A DNA stretch of 64,000 nucleotides from an uncultured beta proteobacterium (GTDB lineage: Bacteria; Pseudomonadota; Gammaproteobacteria; Burkholderiales; Casimicrobiaceae). The position numbers and the translations under genes are program-made. The stretch is taken from NCBI GenBank assembly GCA_963724975.1, contig CAVRXB010000001.1, forward strand, positions 606,511 through 670,510, written 5' to 3'. This document shows, piece after piece, positions 18,114 through 27,766 of the stretch (its first letter is position 1; each line of letters opens with the position of its first letter). The notes under the pieces were generated by a model, which was given only the letters and a program-made list of their open reading frames with translations, was not told where the DNA came from and made no database searches.

Positions 18114-18651
18114 TCAGAACAGGTCGAGCAGCGTGCGCGTGGGCGGACCGATCACGCCGCAGCCGATCCGATCGTTCGGCACATCCGGCCTGCGCGACGA
18201 TAGTACCGCGCCCGCCTTCGTGTACCACGACGGAGCGACCCACCACGCCGTCGGGCCCCGTGAGCTTGTAACCCGCCAGCGCGACGACATTCGAGGCCGA
18301 ATCGTCGTTCTTGAGAATCGGAAATCCTTCCTCCGCCAAGGGCACGCCCGGCGGCGCCCACGGCGGCCCCGCCGAAAATCCGTTGGGAGAACTGCAATTG
18401 CCGGTGGCGTGGATCATGACGCGGTATCGTCCGGGACCACGGCCGTTGAAATTCACTTTCACCTGCACACCGCCATCGTAGGCATGCAACATCGCCGCGC
18501 CAGTGAGGCTCGATCCGCCGATCGGGCGGAAACGCGCTTCGGCCACGGTCACCTCGGCTTTCGCCGCCTTGGGCGCGGCAGGATCCTTCGTCGATTCGCA
18601 TGCCGCGAGCAGCACCACGGCCATCGAGCCGACGAAAACGCCGCGGACCAC
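18114..18651 (-). pseudogene. degenerate Cu/Zn-SOD-like lipoprotein with an apparent frameshift near the 3' end
   Basis: GTG 18651 gives MVRGVFVGSMAVVLLAAC (lipobox). SodC fold, but FHIH becomes VMIH, GGHFNP becomes GPPWAP, and the Zn loop is missing. The frame changes around 18170-18200, and the other frame gives PDVPNDRIGCGVIGPPTRTLLDLF with its stop at 18114. Confidence 0.7.
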
Positions 18652-18680
18652 GGTCAGGCCAGGCGCGGGCGCTGCGGCTG

Positions 18681-19193
18681 TCACGAGTTCCGGATCACTC
18701 CGCACGCTACGCGCGCTCCCGAGTTGCCCGTGGGCTGCGTCATGAAGTCGTCAGGATCCTTGTGCACGATGACGCTCTTGCCGATCACGTCCGCGGCACC
18801 GCCGCCCAACGTAATGACGTCGAGTTCCGCCGTCAGGCTCGCTTCGCCGTTGCCATCGGCGACGAGCATCGGCATGTCGCCCGCATGATGATCGGGCAGC
18901 AATGGATTTCCGTGCGGCTTGCCGAGCGGATTGAAGTGGCCGCCTGCGCTCATGCCGTCGCCGGAGCTGCAGTCGCCTTTCTCGTGAATGTGGAATCCGT
19001 GCGGCCCCGGCGCAAGGCCGGTGATACGCGCGGTGACGACAACCTTGTCACCCTTCTGGACGAAGCTGACCGTTCCGGCCGCCGCGTTTCCCTTGGTCGC
19101 CTCGACGGCCGCGACTGCCGCCCAACCGGAAGACGCGATCGATGCGCAACCGGCAGCGGCCGTGAGCGCGATGATTCCCGCTGTGCTGCGCAT
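18681..19193 (-). CDS. sodC: superoxide dismutase [Cu-Zn], lipoprotein
   Basis: GAAGGAGA RBS before ATG 19193. Lipobox LTAAAGC. All ligand motifs present: GFHIHE, GGHFNP, HGNP..DHHAGD, VIVHKDPDD, and C-terminal ACGVI. Confidence 0.93.
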   Translation of the reverse strand: MRSTAGIIALTAAAGCASIASSGWAAVAAVEATKGNAAAGTVSFVQKGDKVVVTARITGLAPGPHGFHIHEKGDCSSGDGMSAGGHFNPLGKPHGNPLLPDHHAGDMPMLVADGNGEASLTAELDVITLGGGAADVIGKSVIVHKDPDDFMTQPTGNSGARVACGVIRNS

Positions 19194-19387
19194 GAGTCTC
19201 CTTCGTCGTTGCGCGCGTCGCAAGGGTGTTGCGCACCCGAAGCTCCGCGGGGCCGAACATCATAAGCGATGCCCGCCACGGTGGCCAGATCGGGCACGGC
19301 GCTCGGCTGCGCGCAGGTCGGGCAGGTTAAAATGCTCGACCCCAACCGCTTTCCTAACGCGAATCCCTCCAACCGCGCGCTGGCACG

Positions 19388-20719
19388 ATGTCGGAACCGA
19401 TGACGCCGCAGGAGATCGTCTCCGAGCTCGACAAGCACATCGTCGGGCAGAACGACGCGAAGCGCGCCGTGGCGATCGCATTGCGCAACCGTTGGCGCCG
19501 GCAACAGGTGACGGAGCCTTTGCGGCAGGAGATCACGCCGAAGAACATCCTCATGATCGGCCCTACGGGTGTGGGCAAGACAGAAATCGCGCGCCGCCTC
19601 GCGCGCCTCGCCGACGCCCCGTTCATCAAGGTCGAGGCGACCAAGTTCACCGAAGTGGGCTACGTCGGCCGCGATGTCGACACGATCATCCGTGACCTCG
19701 CCGAGGCGGCGATCAAGCAGACGCGCGAAGCCGAGGCGCGCAAGGTGCGCGACCGGGCGGCCGATGCCGCCGAGGAGCGCATCCTCGATGTTCTCCTGCC
19801 GCCGGTGCGCGAAGTGAACTTCCACGACATGAAGCCGACGGATTCGGCGACGCGGCAGAAATTTCGCAAGATGCTGCGCGAGGGCAGCCTCGACGACAAG
19901 GAAATCGAGGTCGAAGTATCGCTATTGCCGGCGCAGATGGAGATCATGGCGCCGCCCGGAATGGAGGAATTGACGAGCCAGCTGCAGGGCATGTTCCAGC
20001 AAATGGGCGGTGCGCGGCGCAAGCTTCGCAAGATGACGGTGGCCGACGCGCTGAAGACGCTGACCGACGAAGAAGCTGCGAAGCTCTTGAACGACGACGA
20101 GATCAAGGCGAAGGCGCTGACCGCGGTCGAGCAGAACGGCATCGTGTTTCTGGACGAGATCGACAAGATCGCGAGCCGCCAGGAAATCCAGGGCGCCGAC
20201 GTCTCGCGGCAGGGCGTGCAGCGTGATCTGCTGCCGTTGGTCGAGGGCACGACGGTAACCACGAAGTACGGAATGGTCCGCACCGATCACATCCTGTTCA
20301 TCGCATCGGGCGCGTTTCATCTCGCGAAGCCGTCCGACCTCATTCCGGAATTGCAGGGTCGGTTTCCCATACGGGTCGAGCTCGCGTCGCTGTCCGTCGC
20401 CGATTTCGAGCAGATACTCACGACGACGGAAGCGAGCCTCGTGCGGCAGTACGAAGCGTTGCTCGGCACCGAGAATGTTCATCTCGACTATCGCCCCGAC
20501 GGCATCAGGCGGCTAGCCGAGATCGCGTTCGCGGTGAACGAAAAGCAGGAGAACATCGGTGCCCGCCGCCTTTACACCGTGATGGAACGCTTGCTCGAGG
20601 AGATTTCGTTCCATGCGGGAAAGCACACCGGAGAAACGCTCGCCATCGATGCCGCCTATGTCGATGCGCGGCTCGCGGGCATCGTCGGCAACGACGATCT
20701 CGCCAGGTACATTTTGTAG
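19388..20719 (+). CDS. hslU: ATP-dependent protease ATPase subunit HslU
   Basis: [17 protein letters not shown], Walker [16 protein letters not shown], Walker [11 protein letters not shown], and full-length HslU architecture. Confidence 0.96.
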   Translation: MSEPMTPQEIVSELDKHIVGQNDAKRAVAIALRNRWRRQQVTEPLRQEITPKNILMIGPTGVGKTEIARRLARLADAPFIKVEATKFTEVGYVGRDVDTIIRDLAEAAIKQTREAEARKVRDRAADAAEERILDVLLPPVREVNFHDMKPTDSATRQKFRKMLREGSLDDKEIEVEVSLLPAQMEIMAPPGMEELTSQLQGMFQQMGGARRKLRKMTVADALKTLTDEEAAKLLNDDEIKAKALTAVEQNGIVFLDEIDKIASRQEIQGADVSRQGVQRDLLPLVEGTTVTTKYGMVRTDHILFIASGAFHLAKPSDLIPELQGRFPIRVELASLSVADFEQILTTTEASLVRQYEALLGTENVHLDYRPDGIRRLAEIAFAVNEKQENIGARRLYTVMERLLEEISFHAGKHTGETLAIDAAYVDARLAGIVGNDDLARYIL

Positions 20720-20741
20720 TTCCGCCCGGGGCGCAAGGCCG

Positions 20742-21617
20742 ATGGTCGAACGCCTCCTCGGCATCATCCTGCCGGTGTTTCTCGTCGTCGCGCTCGGTTT
20801 CGCCTACGCGCGGAAGGCGAAGCCCGATATGGTCTGGGTCAATCGACTCAACGTGAACGTGCTGGCGCCGGCGCTCATCTTCACGGCGCTCGCCGGCAAG
20901 GAATTCGACCTTGCCGCAAACAAGATCCTGATCGCGGGAAGCATCGGCGTCGTTATCGGTTCGGGTTTGCTGGCGTGGCCCTTCGCACGGCTCATGCGCG
21001 AGGATCGACGCACGTTCGTGCCGCCGATGATGTTCAACAACTGCGGCAACCTGGGGCTGCCGCTTGCCGTGCTTGCTTTCGGGCAGCCGGGCTTCTCGGC
21101 GATGGTTGCGCTTTTCACGATCTCGAATCTCTTGCACTTCACGCTCGGCGTATGGATCATCGACCACCACGCGAGGTTCGGCAACCTGCTGCGCAATCCG
21201 ATGGTGATCGCGACGCTGGCCGGCTTTCTGTTCGCAGCATTTCATCCGCCGATGCCGGACTGGCTGATGCAAGCGCTCAAGATGACCGGCGACGCGATGA
21301 TTCCACTGATGCTGATCGCCCTGGGCGTGCGGCTGTCCGACGTGCCATGGTCAAGCTGGCGTATCGGAGTGATCGGCGGTCTCGTGTGTCCGCTGACGGG
21401 CATTGCGATGGCGGCGCTGCTCTCGCCGGTGCTGCGCCTCGATCACGAGCAGCAGGGCCTGCTGCTGTTGTTCGGCTGCTTGCCGCCTGCCGTACTCAAC
21501 TTCATGGTCGCCGAGCAGTATCAGCAGGAACCCGGGAAGGTCGCCTCGATCGTGCTGATCGGCAACGTGCTGGCGATCGTGTTCGTTCCGCTCGGGCTCG
21601 CGCTCGCGCTTCACTGA
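20742..21617 (+). CDS. AEC (auxin efflux carrier) family transporter
   Basis: Start at ATG 20742 (MVERLLGIILPVF). About 10 TM helices, with NNCGNLGLPL and LPPAVLNFM. Confidence 0.85.
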   Translation: MVERLLGIILPVFLVVALGFAYARKAKPDMVWVNRLNVNVLAPALIFTALAGKEFDLAANKILIAGSIGVVIGSGLLAWPFARLMREDRRTFVPPMMFNNCGNLGLPLAVLAFGQPGFSAMVALFTISNLLHFTLGVWIIDHHARFGNLLRNPMVIATLAGFLFAAFHPPMPDWLMQALKMTGDAMIPLMLIALGVRLSDVPWSSWRIGVIGGLVCPLTGIAMAALLSPVLRLDHEQQGLLLLFGCLPPAVLNFMVAEQYQQEPGKVASIVLIGNVLAIVFVPLGLALALH

Positions 21618-21627
21618 CGAAGCGGCG

Positions 21628-22981
21628 ATGAATCTCCACCGAATGCTCCAAGCGCGCGCCGCCTCGGGCCGACCACTTCGCGTTGGACTCATCGGCGCCG
21701 GCAAATTCGGCGCGATGTACCTCGCGCAGGCGCCGCATACCCCCGGCATCCACATCGTCGGCATCGCCGATCTTGCGCCCGATCGCGCGAAGGCGTCGTT
21801 GCTACGAATCGGCTGGGGGCGCGACCGGTTCGATGCGCGCTCGTTTGCCGCCGCTGGCAAGTCAGGCGCGACATTCGTCACCGACGATGCGCTCGCCCTG
21901 ATCGCATCCTCCGCCATCGAGATCGTCATCGACGCGACGGGCGACCCGGCCGCAGGCATACGGCACGCGCTTAGCTGCTGTGCTCAGGGCAAGCACGTCG
22001 TGATGGTCAACGTCGAGGCCGATGCGCTTGCGGGCCCGCTGCTCGCTCGGCGTGCGCGCGACGCGGGCATCGTGTACTCACTCGCCTATGGCGATCAGCC
22101 GGCGCTGATCTGCGAGATGGTCGACTGGTGCCGCACGGCGGGGTTCGAGGTCGTCGCGGCCGGCAAAGGCACGAAATATCTGCCCGAGTATCACGCATCG
22201 ACGCCGGACACCGTCTGGCCTCATTACGGATTCACGCCGGCGCAAGTGGCGGCGGGAGATTTCAACGCCCGGATGTTCAATTCATTCCTCGACGGCACGA
22301 AGAGCGCGATCGAGATGGCAGCGGTCGCCAATGCCACGGGATTGACGCCGGCACCGGACGGCCTCGAATTTCCACCTTGCGGTGTCGACGACTTGCCCCA
22401 CGTGCTGCGGCCACGCGCCGAAGGAGGACACCTCCATCACGCCGGGCAAGTCGAGGTGATCTCCAGTGTCGAGCGTGACGGCCGTGCGGTGTTCCGCGAT
22501 TTGCGCTGGGGTGTGTACGTAACGTTTCGCGCTGGGGATGCAGCGAGCGAAGATTACGTCCGTCGCTGCTTTGGCGAATACGGTTTTTCGACCGATTCCA
22601 CGGGCCGTTATTCGGCAATGTACAAGCCGTACCACGCGATCGGGCTCGAGCTCGGCATCAGTATCGCCTCGGTCGGACTGCGCGCCGAACCCACGGGCGC
22701 TGCCATCGCATGGCACGGTGATGTCATCGCGACGGCCAAGCGCGATCTCGCGGCCGGCGAAACCCTCGATGGCGAAGGCGGTCATACCGTGTACGGAAAA
22801 CTGCTGCCCGCCGCTCGGTCGATGCAGTTCGGCGGATTGCCGCTCGGACTCGCACATGGTGTCACGTTGACGCGGCCCGTTGCGGCGCACGTTGCGGTGC
22901 GATGGGACGACGTCGCCATCGATCGCCGCGAGCGATGCTGTCCTGATCCGGCGCGAAATGGAGAAAGTGTTCGCCGCTTGA
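21628..22981 (+). pseudogene. NAD(P)-binding oxidoreductase with C-terminal SAF domain (COG4091-like), frameshifted near the 3' end
   Basis: LRVGLIGAGKFG Rossmann motif. The frame changes at about 22921-22926: ..RWDDVAID in frame 1, then ASDAVLIRREMEKVFAA-stop (TGA 22979-22981) in the +1 frame. The read-through frame gives Cys/Arg-rich junk. Confidence 0.75.
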
Positions 22982-23076
22982 ATCCATGCGCGGTGCCCGG
23001 TCACTGGCACGGCACTTGCATCGTTTTCCCGAATAATGCGCGGCGACCACGCATCCATCGCGAACGAAGGCAAACA

Positions 23077-25424
23077 ATGCGCAAGTGGTTGATCAGGCTC
23101 ATCGCGGCGCCTTTGGCCGGATGGGCGCCCGTGCTGCTTGCCGTGACGATTTCCGGCAACGTGACCGTGGGCGGCGCGGCGTTCCCCAATGTTCAGATGC
23201 TGGCGCCCAAGGCTACTTGCACGGTGACCGACGCGCTCGGCAACTATGCGTGCGTAGTCGCGTCTGGATGGAGCGGTACGCTTGCGCCCTATTCGAACGG
23301 TTGGACATTCGTCGTGACGGGCAACGCGCAGAAACCCGCTGCGGCGACGTTCACGACACTCGGCGCCAACCAGACGGGTGTCAATTTCACGGCGACCGCG
23401 GCAAACGGTCTTCGCGCCGAGCTCGCGTTGCGCCGTCCGTCCGCTTCGCTCCTCTATCTCGATTACAACTTCAACGGCACCGTCGACTCGACGATCGCGT
23501 TCGGCGCCCTCACCGATTTTGCACTCGCAGGCGACGTCAATGGCGATGGCATCAGCGATCTCGTGCTCTTCCGCGCCGGAACGTGGTACGTGAGCACGCA
23601 CCAGGATGGCGTCGTCGACATGATATTCAATTTCGGCGCTGCCGGAGACGTGCCGCTGCTCGGCGATGTCGACGGCGACGGCATCGCCGACCTGATCGTC
23701 TTCCGCGCCGGGACGTGGTACGTCAGCACGAAGCGTGACGGCGTTGTCGACAAGGTATTCTATTTCGGTCAGACGGACGACGTTCCGCTTGTCGGCGACT
23801 TCAATGCCGACGGCATCGCCGATCTGGCGCTCTTCCGCGGCGGCGTCTGGTATATCGACACCAACCGCGCCGGCGTTGTGGATCTGGCAATACAGTTCGG
23901 CGGCGTCGACGGCGAGATTCCCGTCGCGCTCGACCTCGACGGCGACGGGCGCACCGACATCGGCGTTTTCCGCGATGGTCTTTGGTACATCAACACGACG
24001 CTCGACGGCGCATCGGTGGTCATCGTCGCCTACGGCGCCGCGGGCGATCGTCCGCTCGCCGGCTACTTCAACCGCGCCAACACGCGCTTCGTGAAGGCGG
24101 GAAGCCCGTGCGTCACGAGTTGCACGCAAGCCAATCCGTACGGAACCATCACCGCGGCGTGGCAGGACGCCGTCGACGGCGACATCCTTCGCATCGCGAA
24201 AGGCACCTACGCCGAGAGCCTCGATTTCAGCTATCCGGGCGCCCAATATGCGCCGGGCAAATTCGGCAAGAACAACATCAAACTCATCGGCGTGTCGAAA
24301 TACACGACGATCGTCTCGCCGAGTCGGGCGATGCGCTCTATCTGCGCGGTGCCTCGGGCTATTTCCTGCGCGGTCTGCGGCTGTCGTCGCAGGCGCCGGG
24401 AGCGCGCGGTCTCGTGCTGGCGGGCGGGATCAATTCGGTGCTGCCATCGTTTCCTGGGCCGCAGATCAATGTCTCGCTCACGGACCTGATGGATAGTCAC
24501 GCCCAGAACGCGCTTCTCACGGGGACGTCGAATGGATGGTTCCGCTACGTGCGCCTTAACAGCAGCCGCGCCGGCCACGGGATTTCGGCGTGGGGCAATT
24601 CGTACGTTCGCGTCGTCGCAAGCGAGATCAGCCAAAACGGCTACACCGTCGCACCGGGCCCGCCGGTGCCCGACGCCGGCAAAGGCTTCGACATCCGCGA
24701 CGATTCCGAAGGCGACGCCCGGCGCAGCACGCTACATGCAAACCTCACCTACGGGGTCGTCTCGGTCGTCCACTCAGTCGTGCGCCTTACGCTAAACACG
24801 ATCGACAACACGGGCTACAACGGGATCAACGTCTGCGGCGTCGCGACAACGCCGGACACGAGCGTCATCTACATGACCAACAACCGGATCGAGCACAACG
24901 GTTTTATCGCACCGACCGCGCCTGGAAGCGGCATGGAGATCTACCTCACGTGCTCCGGGACGCAAACGCTGACCGGCAACACGTTCATCGACAATGCCCT
25001 CAACGGTCTCTTCATCGGGTCCGGCATCGCCAACGTGACCAACAACACTTTCCAGTCGAATACCATCGGCTTTACTCTCTACGCCGACACGACGGGCTTC
25101 GCCGGAGAGCCACCGAGCTACGCCAACACGGTCGCAACGCTATACGGCAACACCTTCGACAGTAACGTCCGCGTCGGCATCTATTCGGAGCGGCACACCG
25201 GAACGATCGCGCGTGACGTGTTCGCCACGGTCGGCGGCATCGGAACGGGGCAAAAGAACTTCTTCCGCAATTACGCACCGCCGAAATTCCATGCGATCGG
25301 CTGCCTCAACGTCACGACCAATTTCGCGTGCCCGCTCGGCGGCAATTTCTTCGACCACTCGGGCGACGACGTCGAGTACGCCCCACCGCCGGCCTGCACC
25401 GCGGCCTGCGCGTCGACACCTTAG
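23077..25424 (+). pseudogene. large secreted protein: CarboxypepD_reg-like domain, 4-5 FG-GAP/VCBS repeats and a right-handed beta-helix; one frameshift
   Basis: GAAGG RBS plus ATG 23077 and signal peptide MRKWLIRLIAAPLAGWAPVLLA. GDxDGDGxxD..FRxGxWY repeats. PbH1-type repeats (NNRIEHNG, GNTFIDNALNG, NNTFQSNTIG). Frame switch at about 24310-24325 (..KYTTIVSP | SGDALYLRGASGYFL). Confidence 0.75.
23530..24057 (+). repeat. four tandem 132-bp coding repeats (44-aa FG-GAP/VCBS units)
   Basis: Units start at 23530, 23662, 23794 and 23926. Units 1 and 2 are clearly similar at the DNA level (GGCGAYGTC..GGCGAYGGCATC..TTCCGCGCCGG.ACGTGGTACGT). Confidence 0.8.
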
Positions 25425-25434
25425 CGGACGATCG

Positions 25435-25977
25435 TCAGACCGCGACGAGCTGCCGTCCCGTTGCGCAGGAAACCGGACCGGCGGGCGCGTCGATGATCAC
25501 ATCGATATCGTACGTGCCGGGAGGCACTTGCTGCAGCGTGCCGATGAGATCGAAGCCTGCCCGCGCCACACCGGGGCCGTCACCCAGCTCGCGCCCGACG
25601 TCGTCGCGCGGGCTGCGCGCCCACGTGAGGGCGTCGTAGTGGCGCTCGCGGCTGCCCGGCTTGGTCAGTCGGACGACGAGCCAGTCGGAGTTGGTAAGCG
25701 TCGCGCCGTCGATCGCCCAGCCGGCGAAACGGACACCATGGTGCCGGGACACTCGCCACGGCGCTCCGGGCGCGGCACCATTGACGGTTTCGAGCCAGCA
25801 GCGGGCGCCCGACAGTGCTTCGCGACCGGCAATCTCGGGCAGCGCTATTTCCGAGAAGCTCGTGCCAAGGTATTCTGCGCAAGCCGCGAGCAACGCGGCG
25901 ACCACGACGACCACCGCGCGCAGGGAATGCGACTGGACGCGGCGCCGCCGGGGATTACGAGTCGAACTAGAGTTCAT
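25435..25977 (-). CDS. lipoprotein, paralog A (beta-sandwich 'GWA...RxDV...GF' module)
   Basis: MNSSSTRNPRRRR..VVVAALLAAC lipobox (ATG 25977 or 25992). Similar to the 27271..27765 product (RFAGWAID/RFSGWALE, LGDGPG, LPPGTYDIDV/LPRGRYAVRI). Confidence 0.7.
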   Translation of the reverse strand: MNSSSTRNPRRRRVQSHSLRAVVVVVAALLAACAEYLGTSFSEIALPEIAGREALSGARCWLETVNGAAPGAPWRVSRHHGVRFAGWAIDGATLTNSDWLVVRLTKPGSRERHYDALTWARSPRDDVGRELGDGPGVARAGFDLIGTLQQVPPGTYDIDVIIDAPAGPVSCATGRQLVAV

Positions 25978-25990
25978 CAGGGAACAGAGC

Positions 25991-27075
25991 ATGAGTGAAA
26001 GCGCGCGCCCGGGAAGAGCCGAGCGCTACTACCTGATTCAATGGTTGCGGCTGTTCGCCGCAAGCTTCGTCGTCCTCTACCACTCGGTATCATACATCAG
26101 CACGCACGGCGGTCAGCTCCCGCGCGACGCCGCCTACTATTTCGGCGAGCTCTCGCAATTCGGCATCCTGATCTTCTACGCGATCTCGGGCTTCGTCATC
26201 ACGAGCTCCGTCCAGCGCCGGACGAGTGGCGACTTTCTCTGGCTGCGGTTCCTGCGGATCTACCCAGGCTTCTGGCTCGCGGTCGCCGTCGTCGTTGCGC
26301 TCAACTGGATGGTGTTCGGCGGCTTCGCCTGGAACCGGGGCACGATCTTCGGCCTGACGCTGCTGCCGCTCGGAGCCGTACCACGCCCGCTCAGCGTCGA
26401 GTGGACGCTCGTCTACGAAGTCTTCTTCTACGCGCTGATCGCACTCCTGTGGACGTTCCGTTCGAACCGAATCCTCGGCGGCTTCTGCCTCGCGTGGGCG
26501 GCGGCGATTACTGTGGGCGTGGTCGTCGCGCCGTCGTGGGGGACGTCCTTGACGCCGACTTTCCCGAACATCGCGCTGTCTGCGTACAACTACGCGTTCA
26601 TCGGTGGCGTGCTTGCATTCTACGTTCATCGACGCCTCAGTCTCCCCGTCGTGCGCACGCTGTTCACGCTCGTGCCGGGCCTCGCGATCGCCGGCGAGTT
26701 CTTCCTGCATACGGAGTGGCGCCTCCTGTGCGTGAGCCTCGCCGCATTCTGTCTCGTCGCGGGTACGCTCGTGTCGCGCTCGATCGCGACGCAAGCAGGG
26801 ACGGCCTCCTGACCCAATGGGGCGACGCGTCGTACGGCCTTTACCTCATTCACACGGCGATCATCGTGCTCGTCTTCGGTTCGCTGATCGCCGTGCGCGA
26901 GGTGCATTGGCTTGTAGGCATACTGGGGCTTTTCGCGATCGGCATGGGAACGGGACTCTTCTACGGCCAGATCGAGCACTGGCTCTATGGCTTCCTCAAG
27001 TCGCGCTTCTCGCGCGCCGCCATGGACAGCGGCGCTCCGAAGTGGCGGCGACGGTGGCAACGCTCGTCGGCCTAG
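25991..27075 (+). pseudogene. acyltransferase family 3 (OafA-like) membrane protein, frameshifted
   Basis: N-terminal part (ORF 25661..26812 from ATG 25991): YLIQWLRLFAASFVVLYH, FYAISGFVI, EWTLVYEVFFY. C-terminal part in another frame (ORF 26041..27075): LLTQWGDASYGLYLIH. Junction at about 26775-26800. Confidence 0.78.
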
Positions 27076-27270
27076 TGGCCTGTAACGGAGGAAGCGGTAG
27101 TGAGCGAAGTGGTGTGGTATGGCGCCGCTATTCGCGCCGAGTCTCAGTTGGCAAATGAGGCGCTGTTGCGAAGCAATCGCCGAGCCCCCTTACGAGCAAC
27201 GGCAACAAAGCAATCGGCGCGAAGAGCCAGTCAGACACTATCGATTCCCCCGTTACGGACCACTACCACG

Positions 27271-27765
27271 TCACATGAGCTCGACGATCCGATTCGATTC
27301 GCAGATCAATCCACCCGTTCCGCCACGCATCAGGATTCGAACGGCATAGCGCCCGCGCGGCAGCCGGTCGGCGCGCGCGATCACCTCGAATGCCGCGTTA
27401 CCTATGCCCGGGCCGTCGCCGAGGCCCGTGAGATCGGTGCGAGGACTCCGGAACGTCGTCGCCGCAAAGTAGCGTGCGCGGTCGCCGGGCGCCGCGAGCT
27501 CGACGACGATCCATTCCGATGCCGGCTTCGCGACGTCCTCCAGCGCCCAGCCCGAAAACCTGATCGGTTTTGCGGAGTCCGCGCGCCAACCGCGTTCGAT
27601 CGCCGCTCCGGTCACGAAATCGAGGCTGCAGAGGCCACCGGCGACGAACGAGAGTCCGCGCGCAGCCTCGGGAAACGCGGTGCCGAACGCCTGCGTTTCC
27701 GGTTCCTTCGAACAACCGCCGGCCAGGATAGCGACGACTGCAACGACGAACAGGCACCGCGCCAC
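27271..27765 (-). CDS. lipoprotein, paralog B
   Basis: GTG 27765 gives MARCLFVVAVVAILAGGC (lipobox). Paralogous to the 25435..25977 product. Confidence 0.7.
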   Translation of the reverse strand: MARCLFVVAVVAILAGGCSKEPETQAFGTAFPEAARGLSFVAGGLCSLDFVTGAAIERGWRADSAKPIRFSGWALEDVAKPASEWIVVELAAPGDRARYFAATTFRSPRTDLTGLGDGPGIGNAAFEVIARADRLPRGRYAVRILMRGGTGGLICESNRIVELM

Positions 27766-27766
27766 G

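Noticed and set aside
15327-18203. 958-aa plus-strand ORF, the longest in the track
   Set aside because: It is antisense to two well-supported minus-strand genes (the CrtI-like oxidoreductase and fabI) and reads through two REP elements. Its Arg/Ala/Asp-rich composition is typical of stop-free antisense frames in GC-rich DNA.
19224-19387. hslV remnant or sigma-32 heat-shock promoter upstream of hslU
   Set aside because: No frame gives HslV-like peptide. GTTAAAA...CCCCAAC resembles the CTTGAAA/CCCCATNT boxes, but the spacer is only about 7 nt instead of 13-15.
22282-24246. 654-aa minus-strand ORF
   Set aside because: It is antisense to the SAF oxidoreductase and the FG-GAP repeat gene. Its apparent internal repeats only mirror the sense-strand repeats, and I recognise no motifs.
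21628-24489. 953-aa ORF that looks like one giant protein
   Set aside because: It is a chimera of three reading contexts: the SAF oxidoreductase, about 95 nt of intergenic DNA read through, and the N-terminal two-thirds of the FG-GAP protein. The junction peptides are Cys/Arg-rich junk. An RBS, ATG and signal peptide sit at 23077, and the alternative frame gives the oxidoreductase a clean C-terminus ending at 22981.
27325-27350. tRNA-like GTTCGAATCC (T-loop) on the minus strand
   Set aside because: There are no flanking complementary T-stem or acceptor-stem sequences, and it lies inside the lipoprotein paralog B coding region.
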